DNA of 64,000 bases from Oikopleura dioica (Eukaryota; Animalia; Chordata). The DNA lies in contig OU015566.1 in the NCBI GenBank assembly GCA_907165135.1, forward strand, positions 12,958,001 through 13,022,000, written 5' to 3'. Both the position numbers and the translations under genes were made by a program. The notes beneath the pieces are model-generated. The model ran no database searches, was not told where the DNA came from, and saw only the letters and a list, made by a program, of their open reading frames with translations. Shown here one piece after another: positions 13,921 through 26,772 of the stretch. Every line of letters starts with the position of its first letter. Position 1 is the stretch's first letter.

Positions 13921-14175
13921 TTTTCGATGGACGATTTCACATAAACAAGGAGATCTAATGAAGGAATGTGGATTAATATGATGTGAGAGTTGTGAACTTA
14001 ATTATACTAATAAATACTGAAGAGTGTGGCTGTGTCAGGTGATTTTAAATAGTGGCAAGTTGAAAACTCAGTCGCTAGAAATTCGAGTTCAGTTGAACCC
14101 TGTTTTCGCAAAACAGTGGCGCTATTCTATCACTTTCTGCAAATCGACTCTCATTTTCTAAAAGAACATTGGTCA

Positions 14176-16774
14176 CTAAAGGAAAACTCGTAAAATCGTA
14201 CCTTTCGAGACTTTTTGCATCATTTCGCGAAGTTTCGCCAGAAGCGCTTCATTTGGTCCTCTATTTTTCTCTTTGAACAGGGTCGTTATTTGCTCCTCAT
14301 CATCGTTTTTATCGCTTTGGAATGTCCTCGTGTCTGATTTTCCTTTTTCTAAGTCCTTATAGTGCTGCAAAAGATCGCCCCACGTCTTGAATTCTGGATG
14401 AAGTTTCGCCAGCATTGCCTAAAGAAATGAAGGTTGATGAAAGGTTGAAAACAAGGGACGGTCATGTGACATAAATTGTCAAAAGAAAAACCTACCTGAG
14501 CGGCAATATGTTTTGCATTTTTCTTCGATCTTGCTCTTCCCTCTACAACGTCAGTTCCGAGGGTGTACGTAAAAGTCGTGTTGTTTGGATTCGTGCTCTT
14601 GATGTCGAGTTTTTCCTGAAAACAATCAATGAATCGATGATTCAGGTCTAATTATTTCAATCAAGGACTCACCTCGGCACCGGCGGGGCCATGAATTTTG
14701 TGAATAACGTCTTTTAGAAATTGGTACGGCGCGGGGATACCTGCTTGCGCGCAAAGTTGATGAAGACGATTGTCTGTGATCTTGAAGGGAGAATAAGAAA
14801 ATGAAATGTCTCAGGGAAATTACCGATAAGTGATTGAAATAAGCATAGTCTTGCTCCGCTCGACCCGTGAGCATGAACTTATCGTCTGGCTCAAAGTCGG
14901 GAATTAACAACTTGAGAGTCTCCAACGCCGCGATATTTTTTGCAATCGTTCGATTTGCACCTTCGCCAGAGCCATATTCTTTCCCGTCGATTTTCACTAC
15001 GTATTTACATCCATCCGCACTAAAATAAGTTATCAAAATTGCTCCCAACGTAAAATCAAGTAACGTACCCCATCAGTTCATCGCGAGCATCTTCGTATTG
15101 AGGATGAACCTTGAGGGCTCTGTTGCAGTATTCGTGGAGAATCGTCACTGTCGTCTTAAAAAAAAGATGTTTTTGAAAGAATATGGAATGAAATCCTTAC
15201 TTTTCCTTGGAGATAAAGCGTCATATTTTTGCCCGGTCTTCCCTTCAAATCCTTCGACTTGAACTCGATGCATGTTTTTACCAGCGTCGGCAAATCCTGA
15301 TCATCTCTTTCGTCCGAGTTCTCTTCTTGCCTCGCCTTCTTTCGCTGCTTTCTTTCTTCTCTATAAGTCCGCCTATTTTCCTCTCTCTCCCTTCTTCTTC
15401 GGACAATGGACATGTTGTAGGCTTCTTGATTCTTGTATCGTCGTCCTTGAATTTCAACGTACTCGAATCGCTTTTTCACGTATTCTTTTATCTGCTGATT
15501 ATCCAGTTGCTCGGCTTCTGCGTTGATGACTTTTGCTCGAATTTGACTTTCTTCCTCATTCTCATGTTCCGTTTCTTTTCCTTCAGTTACATTTTCAGGA
15601 TTTTCGGCAGTCTTTTCGCAAGTTTTTTCGACTTCAGTTTCTTCCGGTTTTGTTCTTTTTGAATAGGCTAGACACGGGATTGCGCTAAGAGGCACTTATT
15701 CAAGGTTTTTCAATGGCAAAATGTGTTGGTTCAATATATTTTTAATCCAATAAAACCTCTTTTCCTTTGTGGCTTTTCGCATTACTCGATCCGATGTAAT
15801 ACGGCCTGGACCATGTGACGATTCTGGTCTCTTTATGCATGTAAACAGGAAATCCGCTGTGATGATTAATTACCGTCCATCCATCTGGAATTGGGTCTTT
15901 TGAATCGACCCAGGTGCCGTAACGGTGACGCACAATTTCTTTCGTGTAGTATTCATATTCGACATTTTCTTCGTTCTCTTTTTCTGGCTCGTCGTTTTCG
16001 GATTCACGATCTTCATTCATTTGGTCGTCCGATTCGTTCTTTGGTTCTTGATTCGATGAGTTTTTGAAGTTAGGATTTTCAATCACTGTTCTTTGAAGCT
16101 CTCCTGTTGATGGTTCAGAGTTGACGCCTGTTGGTATGTCGATCGAGTCGACTTGAGTTGTTGACATTTGCGATTCGGTTGTTTCTGTTTCTGGGAAGGT
16201 CTCTGTTTCCGTGTCCGAAATTTCCATGTCCGAGGCTTCGGAGTTCTCCGCGGAGTACGTTTTCGAATAACATTCTTCTAACTCCTTCGCGTTCTTTTCT
16301 TCTTCTGTTCGAGGGGGTTTGGGAAGTGGAATCGGCGGTGCACCGTCACTCACTTTCATCATGTGAGGGAGAAAAGGGAGGACAACAGGGCAGGACTTTG
16401 GCTTGGGAGTGGACATTTGCGGAAGTGGCAATAGAACGGGCAGGCGAAGAGCTCCACTGACTCCGGGGACGGGGCATTTGACGGGCAGTGTTATCGGTGC
16501 TCGCATCGACGGAGACGATGATGATGGCGGCTTTGAACCTACGAATAGGAAATTCATCAAAGTAGAATTGAGTAAGCTTACTGTTGCTGGCGCTGGGAAC
16601 TTGTTCTGTGGATTTATTTCGAGAGGGAGTGGATCTGTTCAACGGAACATCATTTTCTTCGTCGGAGTCTGGAAGCTCTCCATCTTCGCGGGTTTCATCG
16701 CTTGCTGAGCTGAACTCATCCTTTTCGTCTTCCGCGAGTTTTCTTTTCTTGTTTGATGGCTCGTCCTCATTCAT
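14176..16774 (-). CDS. DGCR8: Microprocessor subunit DGCR8/Pasha (WW/Rhed + 2 dsRBD + CTT)
   Basis: PIPDGWTVINHHSGFPVYMHKETRIVTWSRPYYIG, PLSAIPCLAY, TILHEYCNRALKVHPQY, YGSGEGANRTIAKNIAALETLKLLIPDF, YFNHLSV, LHPEFKTWGDLLQHY, PNEALLAKLREMM. 3' end approximate. Confidence 0.93.
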
Positions 16775-16816
16775 TCTAAATGAAAAGTCTCTAGATAATT
16801 TGAGCATCATTAGTTC

Positions 16817-17724
16817 TTGCTCTTCAAAATTGACCATCAAAGAGGATATGCGACTAAAACGACGCCAGTCTGTAAGAAGATACCCGTTCCCTTCAGCGAG
16901 TGGATTCATAAGGGTTTAAATCTCCTTACATTGCCTGTAAGAATCCACGTCAAAGGCTGTTCGACTATCAGAAAGCTCGACCTGCGACCTGGGCTGGAAG
17001 AGAAAACTTCGTGCCTGGAAAGACTCACTCTCGTCATCTCTTGGCTCGTTATTTTCGCCTTCCCGCTATTTTTGATTACCTGTCCGCGAAGAATCAGGTC
17101 TTACCAAAAAGGAGTTCTCTTCAGATTTGGGAAATTGTACTCGAAAACACCAATTTACCCCGGATGGAAATTTACAAATGTCTTTGTCGATGATGTTTAT
17201 TTCGTCGATGCGCGACCTTTTGAAGCAAAAATGGACTCTCATAAGTTCATGACCTTAGTGACGGGCTCGTTTATCCGAGAAAAACGATTGAAAATTCAAA
17301 TCAGCCCGGATAAAGATGGAAGCATCTTGACCATGAAATCATCTATTTTCGGTGTTGTTTCTGACCCAGCACGGGCGATTTGTGAAGTTCAAGAACTCAT
17401 TCCCTCTTTACGAAGTGTTGCTTCAACGACCATCGCGGATTTGGTCGGAAGTCTTTTGGAGAACGAAGTGGTCGATAAAGTTTCAGAACTCGAAGATGAA
17501 GCATTAGAGGTAAAAAAGGTAGTTGAACATTTTCAATCAGATATGATTTTAAGATGATGGAAGTGCTCGTAGAACTGTGAGGAGTAAAGATATTCCGTAT
17601 CAAAATCGACATCATCCCTGGCCCGCGAATTATCCAAGAAAAGCCGGCGATACATTCACCAAAATCACCGAAATTTAAAATCACCGGTGCTGGAGACGGT
17701 CCACTTCTTATCACTGATCTTTAG
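16817..17724 (+). CDS. Stomatin/band-7 (SPFH) family protein with an in-frame TGA at a conserved Trp (possible pseudogene allele)
   Basis: Hairpin TM LTLVISWLVIFAFPLFL, YQKGVLFRFGKL, PGWKFTNVFVDDVYFVDAR, VVSDPARAICEV, VASTTIADLVGS; after intron 17510-17553, MMEVLVEL*GVKIFRIKID (cf. stomatin WGIKVERVEIKD). Start uncertain. Confidence 0.75.
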
Positions 17725-17881
17725 TCAGAAAAAAAATTAAACAAAAAAAGCTTGAATTGTTTTTTTTCTTTTGAAAGCAAAAGATACAGAATGAAGAGAA
17801 TATAATACTAGAGACAGGTTTTATGCTCAAATCTGGCCACTTTGACGGCTTAAATAAGTTGACATTTGAAGAAGTTTTTTT

Positions 17882-18884
17882 TTATCTAAATAAGCCAGAT
17901 TTCTTGGCGATCTCAGAATTCATCCTCGTGATGGGCTTTCCATATTTTTGATTCTGCAATCGATCCATGAAAACAAGGCCACTGGCTCTTTCTATCGCTT
18001 CTAATGGGACCATTGATTCTTTCAGGTCGTCTTCTGAGTTTGTTTCTTCGTTCGGCATCACATACGATTTTATTTGAAACTCTTTTTCATTCTCCAAAAG
18101 AAGGATTTTGAAGAAATGCGTCGGAACAGCCACTTGATTCGTCCCGATCAGCTGGTACTCGACGATCAGTTTACCTTCCTTTTCTTTAGGGAGATACAGG
18201 GGCCCAGAAAAGACATGGACGCAGTCATAGTGCTAGAAATTGGCTCATTTGAAGTTGAAAAATTGAGCATACCTTAGCAAGAGAACGAGTATAAATTTCT
18301 AGGGATTTCCAGAGCTTTCTGTTGAGTCCTGGATGCTGTGGACAAATATTTGAAAGTAAAAATGTTTCCTGAAGCACATTTGGGCTTTTTCGATGATTCG
18401 CTGCTGCGGCAAGATGTCCTCTGTCAAATCCAGAGCCTCGATAGTCCAAGTTTTCCGCGCGAAAGTATCGATGGACTTCTTTATCAGACTAAAAAGGTGA
18501 TTGAAGGAGGGAAATAGAGGGATTGAGTACCTTGAAATCGCAGTCTTTTCGATCCGCGTCGCCTTCAAGATCGTCCTTGGTGATTTTTTCATAAACCCAT
18601 TTTGGATTGCGCATTCGTTCATCGAAGGAAAGTACATAATTGTCTCGGAAAATCAGAGGTGGTGTGGCGGATTGATTCGGGTCTCCTGAACAGAGTTAAA
18701 ATTCCAATTGATTGGGGGAGGGCAAACCTAGTTTATAAATCGACTGTTGAACTGTAACTGGCATCATTTCCCTCGCAAATGTCGAGTTCGCGAAAGAAGA
18801 ATCATCATCTTTCACCCTCCATCGTCTGCCGATCATTATGCCACTCAAGCAGGCCGTTCCTGCGATTGCCAACGACCGCTGCAT
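17882..18884 (-). CDS. ENDOG: Mitochondrial endonuclease G
   Basis: N-terminal presequence MQRSLAIAGTACLSG; LGLPSP; DYRGSGFDRGHLAAAANH; TFLLSNICPQHPGLNRKLWKSLE; VAVPTHFFKILL; VPLEAIERASGLVF. Confidence 0.95.
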
Positions 18885-18931
18885 GACTTTCTGAACAAAG
18901 AATACATCAAGAATCATCAAAATATTTCTTT

Positions 18932-20451
18932 TCACATTGAGTGGAGGGGCGAAACGCCAAGCAGTGAAAACATAGTGTCCATTCTGTCCACAAACATTTC
19001 AACTAACAAAAGTCTTCGTAAAGATTCTTCCTTTGCATCGTCTATCAGTTCAAATTTGTCCCCGTGGAAGCCTGAACAGCCAGGTAAGACGCGGCATTTC
19101 GAATAAAACTTCGAAAAGGAACGGGAAAAGCGGATTATTTGATCGACGAAGCCGGAACAAAGGCAGATGTCCCGAGCTTCGATGAATCTTTTGACCGCGA
19201 AATCAGCTGTTGAAATGCTTTTTGAGGGGTTGATGGAGCGATTTATGAGGGTTTCAAAGTCGATTTTTGTCTTGAAAACCGAGAACAAATCTTTTTCTTC
19301 AAAAAAGTCGTCATAAAACAATCAACCCGTTTTCCTAAGAGCCAATTCTTCCTCAAACTCATGAATCTCCTTCCAATCAACTTTCCTTTCCAAGTCTTGT
19401 TTCTCTTTATCCACTTCCGTCTCCAACTCATTCTCCATCGTCGCCAGCACATGCCTCGCCCTTGCATATTGATACAACAAAAACTCCAACTGCATCAAGT
19501 CCGGTTTCTCTTCGACTTTCTTCGACAACCTCACCCGCAAAATCGCCAGTCGAATGAGACATTCGACCTCTGCGTCGAAATTCTTCTGAGAACTTTCTTC
19601 CCGAAATTCGAGAATTTCTTGAACTCGGTTTTTCACATTCGTTTCCAGTTTTTCCGAAGAACATGGTGCGTAGAAGATTCTTTCTTTGGCCTCTTCGACT
19701 TTGGCGTCTAGCGGCGCTAGAATCGTATCCGCTTGAGAATCTTCTGCTGGCGATTCTTCGGTGAAAGAAGTAAAGATTGACCCTTCTGACGTATAAGAAC
19801 CAGAAACGAGAAGAACGGAATTGAAGGAAAACCTGTAGATATCTGAAATGACCTTCGCCCTGATCCACGAATCCGGCTGGACGAAAACTTTCACTTTCCT
19901 GCTCCCATTTTCCTCCGCTTTCGGAAGTTGAATTTCCCTTGGAATCAGCTTTATAACATTCTCCGTCGCAACTTCAAACTTCTTCCCGTCCAACTTAACA
20001 ATTCCCAATTCTCCAAGTCGAGAAGGAATCTTCCCGAACGAAGAAAAAACGCGTTTTCCTCGTTTTTGATCATCGGTTCTTCCTTTGTGAAGCTTCACTC
20101 CCGGCTCCGCTAATTTTTCGAATAGGTACTCTTTATCCTGGTTGAAGAAGAAAACGACAAAAAGGGATTAAAAATCAATCAAGATCAAAACTCGTTTCAA
20201 CCAGGCCCATTTTGGAAATTCTCTAGCGCGCTTCTTTCCAATTTTTGTCCAATCACATCCCCGCGTAGAATCTCAATAGTTTTAATTTTCTGAGAGAGAC
20301 TTCCTCTTTTTCTTTAGTGAAGTTGCCAGTAAAGATGTTTTACCAAAGTCGAGATGGGTTTTTGATCATTGACTTCAAATTTCTTCAGGTTTGAATTTTC
20401 TCTAGTAACGGTTCGATTTTCAACTTTTTCTCTAGATTCCTTCTTTTGCAT
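18932..20451 (-). CDS. Uncharacterised multi-exon protein with helical/coiled-coil C-terminal half
   Basis: ORFs 19322-20098 and 18932-19321 are in the same frame, separated by a TGA that fits a 30-nt GT-AG intron; probable first exon MQKKESREK at 20451. Confidence 0.55.
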
Positions 20452-20600
20452 GATATCGCTGGCTATCCTGAGATTACCCGCTAAAGAATTCAGGCTAAAA
20501 AAGGACTTCAGCCCTCGAGAGATTCAGAGAACAGACTTACCAAGGTAACAGAGAGACTTTTAACTTCGCCAGCTGAAAAATCTCAATTTCAGGTTTCAAA

Positions 20601-21248
20601 ATGGACAAAAAGTCGAAGCGCAAACAACGTCCACGACCTGACCGTAAGAACCGAGTTCCGAAATTGCAGGATTTTAGCGACCCAACAAAGAGTTGGAATG
20701 ACGAAAATAAACCGATGGATAAAGAACTCGAACGCCAAATGAAGGAATACGGGAAGAAAGTCCAAAGGTCTGTGACTGTCAAAGAAGGCTGAAGGTCTAA
20801 TGATCTTTTCAGGATGGGCCGGTTTTTCAAACGCTTTTTGGAAAATCCCTCAAGCGTTGCTGTCTGGTCGGTTGCAAACACGATTCTTAATGACGTCCAC
20901 GAAAGTTGGCCTGGCATGAAGGGACGAATTGACAAGCTCGTTCCAAAGTTGGTCTTATTTTTTTATCTTCGATGCTAAGGGTTCTTCAGGGATGAAGAAG
21001 GAAAGCAAGCAGAAGAAGAGGGAAAGAAGACAGAAGAAGAGGTAAGGAAGAAAGAGGCAGAAGATACATTAGAGGAGAAATACGCAGACTACTTGGAATT
21101 GAAGCGACTTCATGAGGGCCCTCGCTCGTCCATGATGCTTCCGATGGAAAATAAGAAAATAAAGGAAGAAGCAAAGAAAAAACAGCAGCGGCAAGAAGAA
21201 GATTTGGAGGCAAAATACCAACGCTACATAAAAAATATGAAACGCTGA
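20601..21248 (+). CDS. Small charged coiled-coil protein (3 exons)
   Basis: MDKKSKRKQRPR.. exon, then RMGRFFKRFLENPSSVAVWS.., then EEGKQAEEE..KYQRYIKNMKR* (TGA 21246-21248). Confidence 0.5.
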
Positions 21249-21680
21249 TGCATATCTGCAGTATTTCCTTCCCTCTGCCAGCTGTGTCAGCTGTTTCTGT
21301 TCTATATAACTTCCTGTTGTTTTACTGAATAGAATTGGTCAGAAACAAAACTATGAGTAAGAGAGTATTTCCTTTTGAAAATGAAATTTGCTTCAAATAT
21401 CGCGAAAAGGTAAATTTTCATCGATTGCCTGAGAACTGAGAAACCTTGTTTGAGCTTTGAACTTTTGAACCTGAAAATCTGGGCCAAGATTTTCGGCCCC
21501 AGCGCGCCTCCTCCGCGATTTTCAGCCAAATTTTTATTTGCCAGTTGGATTTTTTCGATTTCGCGGAAACAGCTAAAACTTATTCTGAGAGAGTTTTCTG
21601 AATTAGAGAAAAGGGCAGAGCTTCTCGCTTTGTTTATTGCTTTTTCTTAATGAAATGAGACTTATATTCGCATTTTTCAG

Positions 21681-24600
21681 ATGAGTCGTCGGTCACGTGT
21701 CCGAGAGGACATCTCGACCTTGCTCAAAGTTGGCCGGATCGCCAAAGCACACGATCGGAAACGGAAACAAGAGCTCACCGGCGAAATCAAGTCCGCCGAA
21801 GGAATAACCTACAAATACAACAAACTTGCGCTGATCGATCCTCTCTTCGACCCAAAAGAAGGAGATACAGTGTCCTTCTCCGTAATCGAGCTTTCTCCTG
21901 GCGAGTTTATTGCGGCAGAGGTTCAGGAATGCACTCAAGAAACATACGCTGCTGGTGGAACTCCCAAGAAGACGAAACCGGCACCGTTGGCGTCGAGAAG
22001 CAGAAAAGCGCCGTTGAAAGAATCTAACCGAAATTCGCTCTCGTCAGAGATCGTCTATCGGGCAGGCAGCGGCAGACCAAAAACAGTTGTGAAAATACGA
22101 AAAACATCTGCGGAGGAAAACAGCGTCCCGAAAACGCCGAAGAACTACGGACTCAAGGAGACATTTAGCACTGAATCGCAAGATGATGGTGACGAGGAAG
22201 AAGAGGAATTCAGCGAAACATCGACGGAGGATGAGAAGAAAAACACCGTGAATGTAAGTAATTATTACAACTAATCTTATCTTAGCTCCTTTTCAGTACT
22301 CTTGGGGTGAAACAGAAGGCTATGGAACGAAAGGAAAGCTGTTCAAAAGCATCAAGTTGACATTCAAGAGCACCGTTGAAATAAAAATCGGAGAATACGC
22401 ACTTGTCCAAGACGAAGCCAGTACTGATAACTTCTTCGTTTGTCGAGTTGAGGAACTGTACGAGAGTGATGGTGAAAAATTAGCGGAAGTAACTTGGTGC
22501 CTGATGATTGATGATTATCACAAGAGCATCAGAAGATCGAGAAATAAGGATCAGTTGAGGATAAATGACTACTACGGTAAGGAAAAACTAGCGCTTGAAT
22601 CATTCTCTTATGAAATCGCAATCGACAAAAATGCTTCAGATGACGAAGTGGTGATGATTAAAGACGGTATGTTACAAACCAGGATCGACGTCGAGTCAAT
22701 CGTTTGGAAAGCCCGCGTTTTCCACGCAGATCATCGTCAGAAAATGTACGGTGATTACGGAATGAAAGACAAGCGATACTTCTGCCGCTGGGTGTACGAT
22801 GGATCGAAGGAGAAACTTTCCAATATTGATAAATGGCCAAGAGATTTGAAAAGGCTATCTGCGTTGCCGAAAAAAGAGACGGCTCCTTCGAAAAAGATGT
22901 CGAGAAAAGAAGTGATGCAGATGTTTGAAGAAAGCTCGGATGATGAGCATTCAGATGATATTCAATCACCAAAGAAGAGTAAGTTGAAGCTCAAGAAACT
23001 TCCGGATTCGGATGAAGAGAGTTCGGAAGAACTGCCTGTCGTTAGGACGAGAAAACAATCTTCAGGTACACTAACACCACCCTTTCTCTGAATAAAGCGA
23101 TTCTAGCGTCTTCATCAAGTTCTGCGAGTTCCTCGAGCTCAAGAAGATCAAGTGCTAGAAGACGATTACTCATCGACGAAGAAAAAGAAGAACCAGAGCG
23201 ACGCAGTTCGAGGAGAAAATCTGACTCCTCCGTTAGCTACAGTTCTTCAGAAAAGAAAAAGTCTTCCAAGAAATCCACACTATCTTCCATTTCCGAAACG
23301 CCTTCGAAAGCCCTTGGTCGAGAGCTTGAAAAGATGAACTTGAAAACATCTCCAAAAAGAACTCGTCGTCCGAGCACCAGAAGAAGTGTCGCAGTGGTTC
23401 AATCGACCCCGACGAAACAACAGAAAAAGACGACGAGGAAACCTTCCAAGACAGCAACGACAAGTATAGCAGAGGAACCAGCGACGCCAAGCAAAGTGCT
23501 AGCAAAAGATGTTGAAAATCTGTCGATCAGGAGGAGCTCTAGGAGAAGCGCGGCTAATGCTACCGCAGGTGAGAGGGGATGAAAAAAGATTTTGACCACG
23601 ATGGGACTCGAACCCACAACTTCCTGATTCGAAGTCAGACGCCATATCCATTAGGCCACGCGGCCGGCCGATAGAGTTCCCATTTTAGTCCACCCGTATC
23701 CCTCTCCTCAATGAATAATTTATTTTCTAGCGATAAAATTCGGCAATTACAAGGAAAAATACGAAACATTGCAGTGTAAAACAGATGAGAAACTACAGAG
23801 AGTGGAGAAGGGGTACAAACCAGAGTGCTCTTCCGATTCTAGCGAGGGTTCCAGCGGAGATACGTCGTCGGAAGTGGAGACAGATTCAGATGACGCGATC
23901 ATGAAGACTCCTAGAAAACGACCAAGAGGATGGAGAGGTGCGAAAACGCCGACCAAGACTCCTTGCAAAACTCCAAAGGTAAAACAAACACTAGAAATGC
24001 CGCTCCTAATCGGAAACTCTTCAGAAACTCGCGACAAAGACACCAATGAAAACTCCGTCGAAAAAAGGAATGGCCGATGCTGTGTACAAGAAATCCGCTG
24101 CTCCCAGTCGTCAAGTTCTTCCAGATGAAATTCTCAAATCAAACGACCTGTTATCGATCTTAGATCAAACTTCAAAACGACTTGGTAAGCCTTGATCTTC
24201 CCAACCTCCCTAAAGACATGTAGATATCAACTCTGTGCCTGAATCACTGCCGTGCCGAGAGGACCAGTACCAGAATATCTACAACTTCATCGAGGACAAA
24301 ATAAAGCACAACACAGGTGGATGCCTTTACATTTCTGGCGTCCCAGGAACTGGCAAGACAGCGACAACTCATGAAGTCATCACTGCATTGAGGGAAGAAG
24401 CCGAGAACGGAAAGCTGAAAAAATACAAGGTAATTATATTTTTTGAGATTGACTTCGTTAATATTGAATCATGAGGATCGTTTTCGAACGTTTTCGTTTA
24501 TTTAAAACATCATCAGGAAAAACTAGAAACTGTTACGACAGTAAAAAGAAAGAAAACTAACTTGGTGTGTGAGAAAGCTGGACAGATAGCTAACTGAATC

Positions 24601-25852
24601 GAATTTTCAAAAGCAGAAAACAAGTGAAAAAGGAAAACAAGCGAAAGTTAGTCGAGCGCCAAGGAGGCCCAAAAACTGTTCTATTTAAATGATGTTTTAA
24701 ATAAACGAAAACGTTCGAAAACGATCCTCATGATTCAATGCAAGGTAATTATTTTTTTCTCTAAAACTCGGACTAGAATCGCTTTTAGTTCGTCGATGTC
24801 AATGGTATGCGAATGACGACGCCAAAGCAAGTCTATTCTGCGATCTGGAGTCAACTTACTGGAGAGAAAAGAACAGCTGATCATGCATCAGAGCTTCTAG
24901 AGGCGAGATTCGCAGGGAAAGAAAATGCTCGTGGAAAAACTGAGCCAATTTTGATGCTCGTCGATGAGCTTGACCAGCTGATGACGCGGAAGCAAGACGT
25001 TTTGTACAGAATATTCGATTGGCCTCAGCGCTCAAAGGTAGGGGTAATTGGTTCCATCATAAACCTCATCGTCTTCTAGTTGATCGTGATTGCAATCGCC
25101 AATACTTTCGATCTTCCTGAGCGAGTTATGATGCGTCGAGTGGCTTCTCGTCTTGGTCTTTCTCGAGAAACTTTCAACCCGTATACTTTCAAGCAACTCG
25201 AGGAAATTATCAGAGCTCGACTTGGTCCGAATCTCTCACGGCTTTTTGAAGACACTGGTCTTGCTTTTGTATCGAGAAAGGTGGCGAGCTTATCTGGAGA
25301 TGCAAGAAGATGCTTGGAAATTTGCCGCCAGTCGGTTGAGCAATCTATTTTGAGGTAAAAAAAGATGCGATTATTTCTTCTCAAATTTGGTGTTCAGATA
25401 TGAAGAGACAAAAGATCCACGATCCGTCTACATAACTCTTGATGACATCATCAAGGCAGTCAACGCTGTCAGTTGTAACCCTGCCATTGTGATGATGAAA
25501 GCTTGCCCAACTTTTGCGCAAATTTTCTTGCGAGGCACGGTCGCTGCTTTCAGAAGTTTAGGAGTTGAAGAAGCCTCCGTTGATGATGTTATAGGAAAGG
25601 TTCTCATTTTTCCCGGTTTATTTTCAAAAGTAAAGTGCAAAAACTGAGCCTGTGAAAGATCATTCCGGTGTGATCGCCCATATGGACGGAGAACGCAAGC
25701 CAGAGTCCTTCGAGCTTCTTCAGGTTGCCGGTTACTTGGAAACAGTAGGACTTATACTCGTTGACAATCTCCAAAGTGGCATTCACGCAAAGGTTCGCCT
25801 CAACGTTTCACCAGAAGACGTACTTTTCGCACTCAACACCGAGAAAAAATAG
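21681..25852 (+). CDS. ORC1: Origin recognition complex subunit 1 (N-terminal extension, BAH, disordered linker, AAA+, winged helix)
   Basis: BAH exon ([27 protein letters not shown]); [33 protein letters not shown] (Walker A), [57 protein letters not shown]. Confidence 0.95.
23593..23665 (-). tRNA. tRNA-Arg (anticodon TCG), nested antisense in an ORC1 intron
   Basis: Reverse complement GGCCGCGTGGCCTAATGGATATGGCGTCTGACTTCGAATCAGGAAGTTGTGGGTTCGAGTCCCATCGTGGTCA folds as a cloverleaf with A/B boxes; T6 Pol III terminator just downstream (23582-23587). Confidence 0.95.
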
Positions 25853-25975
25853 ACTATCACTTCCTTATTTTTCCTTCTATAATCACTGCCCATTTATACA
25901 AAAAACAGTATTCAGACATATTTCAATAAACTCAAGCTGTAATGAATGATGCTCTTGTTGAAAAAATATATGAAT

Positions 25976-26772
25976 TTAATTTGCATCGTTGGCATTGGCA
26001 GAACTGTTGAAATTTTGAAGTGCTGATGGATGAATTTGAAAGCCGTAGAGAGTAGGAGTGTATGACGAAGTGGGTGGTTGAGGTCGGTTGGCTGGTTGAA
26101 CCATCAATGCCATTTGCTAGGGTCGAGTTTACATGTTGAAAACGGAAAGAATGTTACCGGAAAACCTGTCCCAAAGTAGGCACCATCAAGTGTACAGTAT
26201 TTTGTACTGGGGTTGAAGATATCGTTGCATTTCGGACAATACAGCTTTACTTGTTCTTTGAAGAAGGTTAATTTATTAAAATCATGAGTGTTCTTACTGT
26301 GACCAAGAATATCCGATTCTCCAACTGGCAATACATGCTCGCCCTGACAATGAACTCTTGAAGACTTTACAATAGCGCTTCTTCTTGTTAGTTACCTTGG
26401 GCATTGGCCGAAATGTCCGTCTCTCCATTTTGCCATCATCATTGCAATACCCCTGTTTGTCAAAATAAATCTTGCGTGAATTAGTCCATATAACATTTTT
26501 GCTGATCTTTGCACATCACCTGCATGGAGTTGCTCGTCTTCCATCTCATCCGAGTCGTAGTATGAATCTTGAATCATGTCCAGCGCCTAGAAAATCGGTT
26601 AGACAAAGAACATGTCGATTTGTACCTGTCTGTAATAAGGAACTTGTTCATTCAAATTCGTCAGGTTGAACTTGTCTCTTATGTAATCTTCGCTGATTTC
26701 GCAGAAGAACTCGTGCCCTCTTTGGCTACAAAACCACTGGATCCAAGTCTCATCATCGCTCGATTCGGACAT
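25976..26772 (-). CDS. CSNK2B: Casein kinase II regulatory (beta) subunit
   Basis: [84 protein letters not shown]. Confidence 0.96.

Noticed and set aside
17578-19324. Genome-wide TGA=Trp recoding (two in-frame TGAs)
   Set aside because: TGG is used for Trp throughout and TGA terminates clear genes (e.g. trypsin at 60998). The 19322 TGA fits a 30-nt intron.
19322-20098. MCM8/MCMDC2-like identity from the ECLIRLAILRVRL 'lid' motif
   Set aside because: No Walker A/B, Zn finger or MCM box could be found; the similarity is too short to support a name.
21681-25852. ORC1 as part of the element's replication cassette
   Set aside because: It lies 5 kb outside the left TIR/TSD, on the opposite strand, among ordinary host genes.
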